A stretch of 64,000 nt of DNA from an uncultured Solirubrobacterales bacterium. Lineage in GTDB: Bacteria; Actinomycetota; Thermoleophilia; Solirubrobacterales; 70-9. A program made the position numbers and the translations under genes. The stretch covers positions 297,306 through 361,305 of the forward strand of contig CAVUGL010000004.1 in assembly GCA_963740995.1 (NCBI GenBank), given 5' to 3'. Within the stretch, counting starts at the first letter, position 1. Each line of letters starts with the position of its first letter. Below are positions 61,728 to 64,000 of the stretch, in pieces. The notes under the pieces are model-generated. The model did not search any database, was not told the origin of the DNA, and saw only the letters and a list, made by a program, of their open reading frames with translations.

Positions 61728-62753
61728 TCCCGCAGTAGCAGTTTGTTGGTGAGGGCGTCACGCGTCGGCGGCGCGGACGAGATCAGGTCGTGTGCCGCCA
61801 TCCACTCCGCATAGGTGTGCCACTGTGCCGGATCCATGAATCCGTACGGTCGCCCTCGAGTGCCCGCGAGCAGGGGCAGCGTGGCGGTGACCTCGGCCCG
61901 GGTCTGCATCGGGTCCAGGCCCTTGCCCGCCGAGAGCACCGCATTGGCGGCCTCAGCCGGGTGCGCAATCGCGTAGGTCGTTCCCCTCGCGAGCGCGGCG
62001 ATGAAGCTTCGGATCGCCTCCGGGTGTTCGTCGACGGTCGAGCTCCGGGCGACCAGGACGAGCTCGTCATAGGTCGGGACCCCGAGCTCGTCGACCGGCA
62101 CGATCCGGGGGTCGAGCCCGCGTTGCTGGAGGTCCACCCCCTCGATGTTGCGGTAGCCGCCCAGGATCGCGTCGACTCTCTCACCCAGTAGGGCCGGCAG
62201 CAGGTTGAGCCCGACGCTGACCTCTCTGGCCGACGACGAGGGGAGGCCGGCGGTCTGGAGGATGGTCTTGAGGTAGTCGCTCTGGTACGGGATCCCGGCG
62301 GTACCGACCGTCTTGCCCTCGAGGTCAGCGGCGCTGGCCACGCCGCCCTTCGGCAGCGAGATCAGGGACGTCAGCGGCTGATTGACGATCGCGCCCACCG
62401 CCTGGACGTCGAGCCCCTCCTCGCGCGCGAGCAGCACCTCCGGCTCGTAGGAGACCGCGAGGTCGGCGCGCCCGGCGGCGACCTCCTTGATCGGCGCCGA
62501 CGGATCCGAAGGGACCTGCGGCTGCACGTCGAGCCCGACCTGCTTGAAGTAGTCGCGGTCGAGCGCGCTGTAGATGCCAGCGTGGTCGGGGTTGACGTAC
62601 CAGTCGAGGTCGAGCGTGAAGGGCTGTGGGTTGGAGGGGGATCCGGTGGTCGCATCCCCCGCCGCCGCACGCGGAAAGCCCGAGTGCCAGGGACGCCACG
62701 GCGATCGCCAGCCCGACGCACGGACCGAGCCGCTTCGGGCCCACCAGGCTCAC
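61724..62753 (-). pseudogene. NMT1/THI5-like ABC substrate-binding lipoprotein, frameshift after the lipobox
   Basis: The N-terminal frame (62325..62753) reads MSLVGPKRLGPCVGLAIAVASLALGLSACGGG. The body GDATTGSPSNPQPFTLDLDWYVNPDHAGIYSAL... is in the frame of ORF 61724..62527. The shift lies in the C5 run at 62656..62660. Confidence 0.75.
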
Positions 62754-63532
62754 GTCCGTGTCACCGTACGAGCGTCCCAGGTGACGACCCGGCGCTCAAT
62801 CAACGTGACCAGGGCGAAGAGGATGATCGCCATCGCGCCAAGCAGCGTGATGGCAGCGAACATCCTGGCGGTCAGCAGCTGGCTGGAGGAGATCAGCACC
62901 TGGTGCCCGAGCCCCGAGTCTGCCCCGGCCCACTCGGCGAACAGCGCCCCGATCACGGCGACCGCGATCGCGATCCTCGTCCCGCTGAAGAAGAAGGGAA
63001 GGGCCGACGGCAGCTCGACCCGGCCGAGGATCTGGGCACGACTGGCTCCGAGCGTGCGCATCATCGTGATCAGCTGCGGGTCCACCGAGCGGAGCCCGTC
63101 GAGCGTGTTGACGGTGATCGGGAAGAAGCAGACCAGCGCGATCAGGAGCAGCTTCGGGCCGATTCCGAAGCCGAACCAGACAATCAGAATGGGGGCGATC
63201 GCCACCGGTGGGATCGCCTGGGAGGCGACGAGGAGCGGGTAGAAGGCGCGGCGCAGGGTTTCGGAGAGATGGAGGACCACGGCGAAGGCCAGGCCCGCCA
63301 CGAGGGCGCAGAGAAAGCCGAGGAGCACCTCGCGGAGGGTGACCCAGCCGTCGTCCGCGAGCAGGGAGCGATCCCGCCAGAGCGAGGTTGCGATGTCGCT
63401 CGGCGCGGGGACGAGGAAATCCTGGATGTTGAGCGCGTTGGAGATCAGGCCCCAGCGCGCTGCCAGCTCCCACGCGCCCAGCAGGAGCAGGATCACCGCG
63501 ACCGGCGCCAGGTACGGGTTCAGACGCCTCAT
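62750..63532 (-). CDS. ABC transporter permease (nitrate/sulfonate/bicarbonate type)
   Basis: 260 aa with 6 TM segments, and the EAA-like loop TMMRTLGASRAQILGRVELPSALP. Confidence 0.85.
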   Translation of the reverse strand: MRRLNPYLAPVAVILLLLGAWELAARWGLISNALNIQDFLVPAPSDIATSLWRDRSLLADDGWVTLREVLLGFLCALVAGLAFAVVLHLSETLRRAFYPLLVASQAIPPVAIAPILIVWFGFGIGPKLLLIALVCFFPITVNTLDGLRSVDPQLITMMRTLGASRAQILGRVELPSALPFFFSGTRIAIAVAVIGALFAEWAGADSGLGHQVLISSSQLLTARMFAAITLLGAMAIILFALVTLIERRVVTWDARTVTRT

Positions 63533-64000
63533 CGCGCCGCTCCCGCGAGGCTGCGGAGGGCTCGCTGACGCAACGCGGCGAACTCCGGCGAGGTGACGGC
63601 GGCCGCCCGGTCCGCCGCCCGCGGTGTGTCCACCTCGATCCGGTCCGCGACCGTGGCCGGGCGGGAGCTGAGCACGAGGACCCGGTCGGAGAGATAGAGC
63701 GCCTCCTCGACGTCGTGCGTGACGAGCAGGACGGTGTGCCTGTCGGGGCCGAGAATGTCGGCGAGCCAGGACTGCATCTCGCCCCTGGTGATCGCGTCCA
63801 GCGAGGCGAACGGTTCGTCGAGCAGCAACAGCGGCCGGCCCGCCATCAGCGTGCGCAGAAAGGCCACCCGCTGCCGCATCCCACCGGAGAGCTGGTCGGG
63901 GCGGGTGCCCTCGAAGCCCGCCAGGCCGAGCCGCTCGAAGTGCTCAGCCGCCTGGGTCCGGGCCTGGGTGCGCGACACACCGGCGATGCGAAGGGCGAGG
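63529..64000 (-). CDS. ABC transporter ATP-binding protein (C-terminal part; gene continues past the right edge)
   Basis: LSGGMRQRVAFLRTL, LLLLDEPFASLD, LLVTHDVEEA. Upstream of 63978 the frame remains open to the window end. Confidence 0.8.
   Translation of the reverse strand, partial: LALRIAGVSRTQARTQAAEHFERLGLAGFEGTRPDQLSGGMRQRVAFLRTLMAGRPLLLLDEPFASLDAITRGEMQSWLADILGPDRHTVLLVTHDVEEALYLSDRVLVLSSRPATVADRIEVDTPRAADRAAAVTSPEFAALRQRALRSLAGAAR

Noticed and set aside
1-64000. CRISPR arrays, rRNA genes and classic defence-system genes (RM, Abi, CBASS, retron or TA pairs).
   Set aside because: I saw no regularly spaced direct repeats and no rRNA-like segments. No ORF carries nuclease, cyclase, RT or STAND-type signatures. 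This scan was by eye only.

Overview
The window is a GC-rich, actinobacterial-type chromosome segment. Markers include mIHF, HemQ, MMPL, YrbE/Mkl, an F420-type LLM oxidoreductase and many SnoaL/NTF2 genes. All calls come from reading the ORF track and hand-translating the DNA; no searches were run. About 60 kb is ordinary, densely packed core genome. It holds an acyl-CoA catabolic operon (crotonase, carboxyltransferase, BKACE, CoA-transferase, MerR) and two TetR-controlled units. It also holds a Grx4/BolA/ErpA Fe-S module, FprA, HemQ, MetE, ALDH and a QueD/PTPS-MTase-GT4-SDR operon. Further along are a PII-PucR pair, three tandem PQQ-type sugar dehydrogenases, YrbEAB-Mkl, an MMPL transporter, an SPT-like oxoamine synthase facing a large GNAT, AlkA and a THI5-like ABC importer. 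The accessory part is 13.9-22.0 kb, a decayed integrase-bounded element. Its left end carries a frameshifted tyrosine integrase, an XRE repressor, two excisionase-like HTH genes and a Zn-ribbon ORF. Next comes a head-to-tail array of COG3631/SnoaL-like cassettes plus one glutaredoxin-like cassette, joined by a conserved stop-SD-start junction; only the last-transcribed copy is intact. Beyond that lie a frameshift-riddled repeat-protein gene and an HK97-type capsid gene fragment. The oddest signal is at 21.3-22.0 kb, where the + strand loses G, then T, then C, and ends in about 65 nt of A directly before an intact gene. I know no biological mechanism for this and treat it as a probable artefact until reads confirm it. 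Frameshifts also interrupt several core genes (fprA, queD, an SBP and a membrane protein). Three of the sites I mapped (integrase, fprA, SBP) lie in homopolymer runs, so pseudogene calls outside the island are provisional. I saw no CRISPR array, rRNA or tRNA by eye. I did not find a clearly novel defence-type system. The most testable candidates for undescribed biology are the cassette array, the PII-PucR pair, the pterin-like operon and the SPT-GNAT pair.
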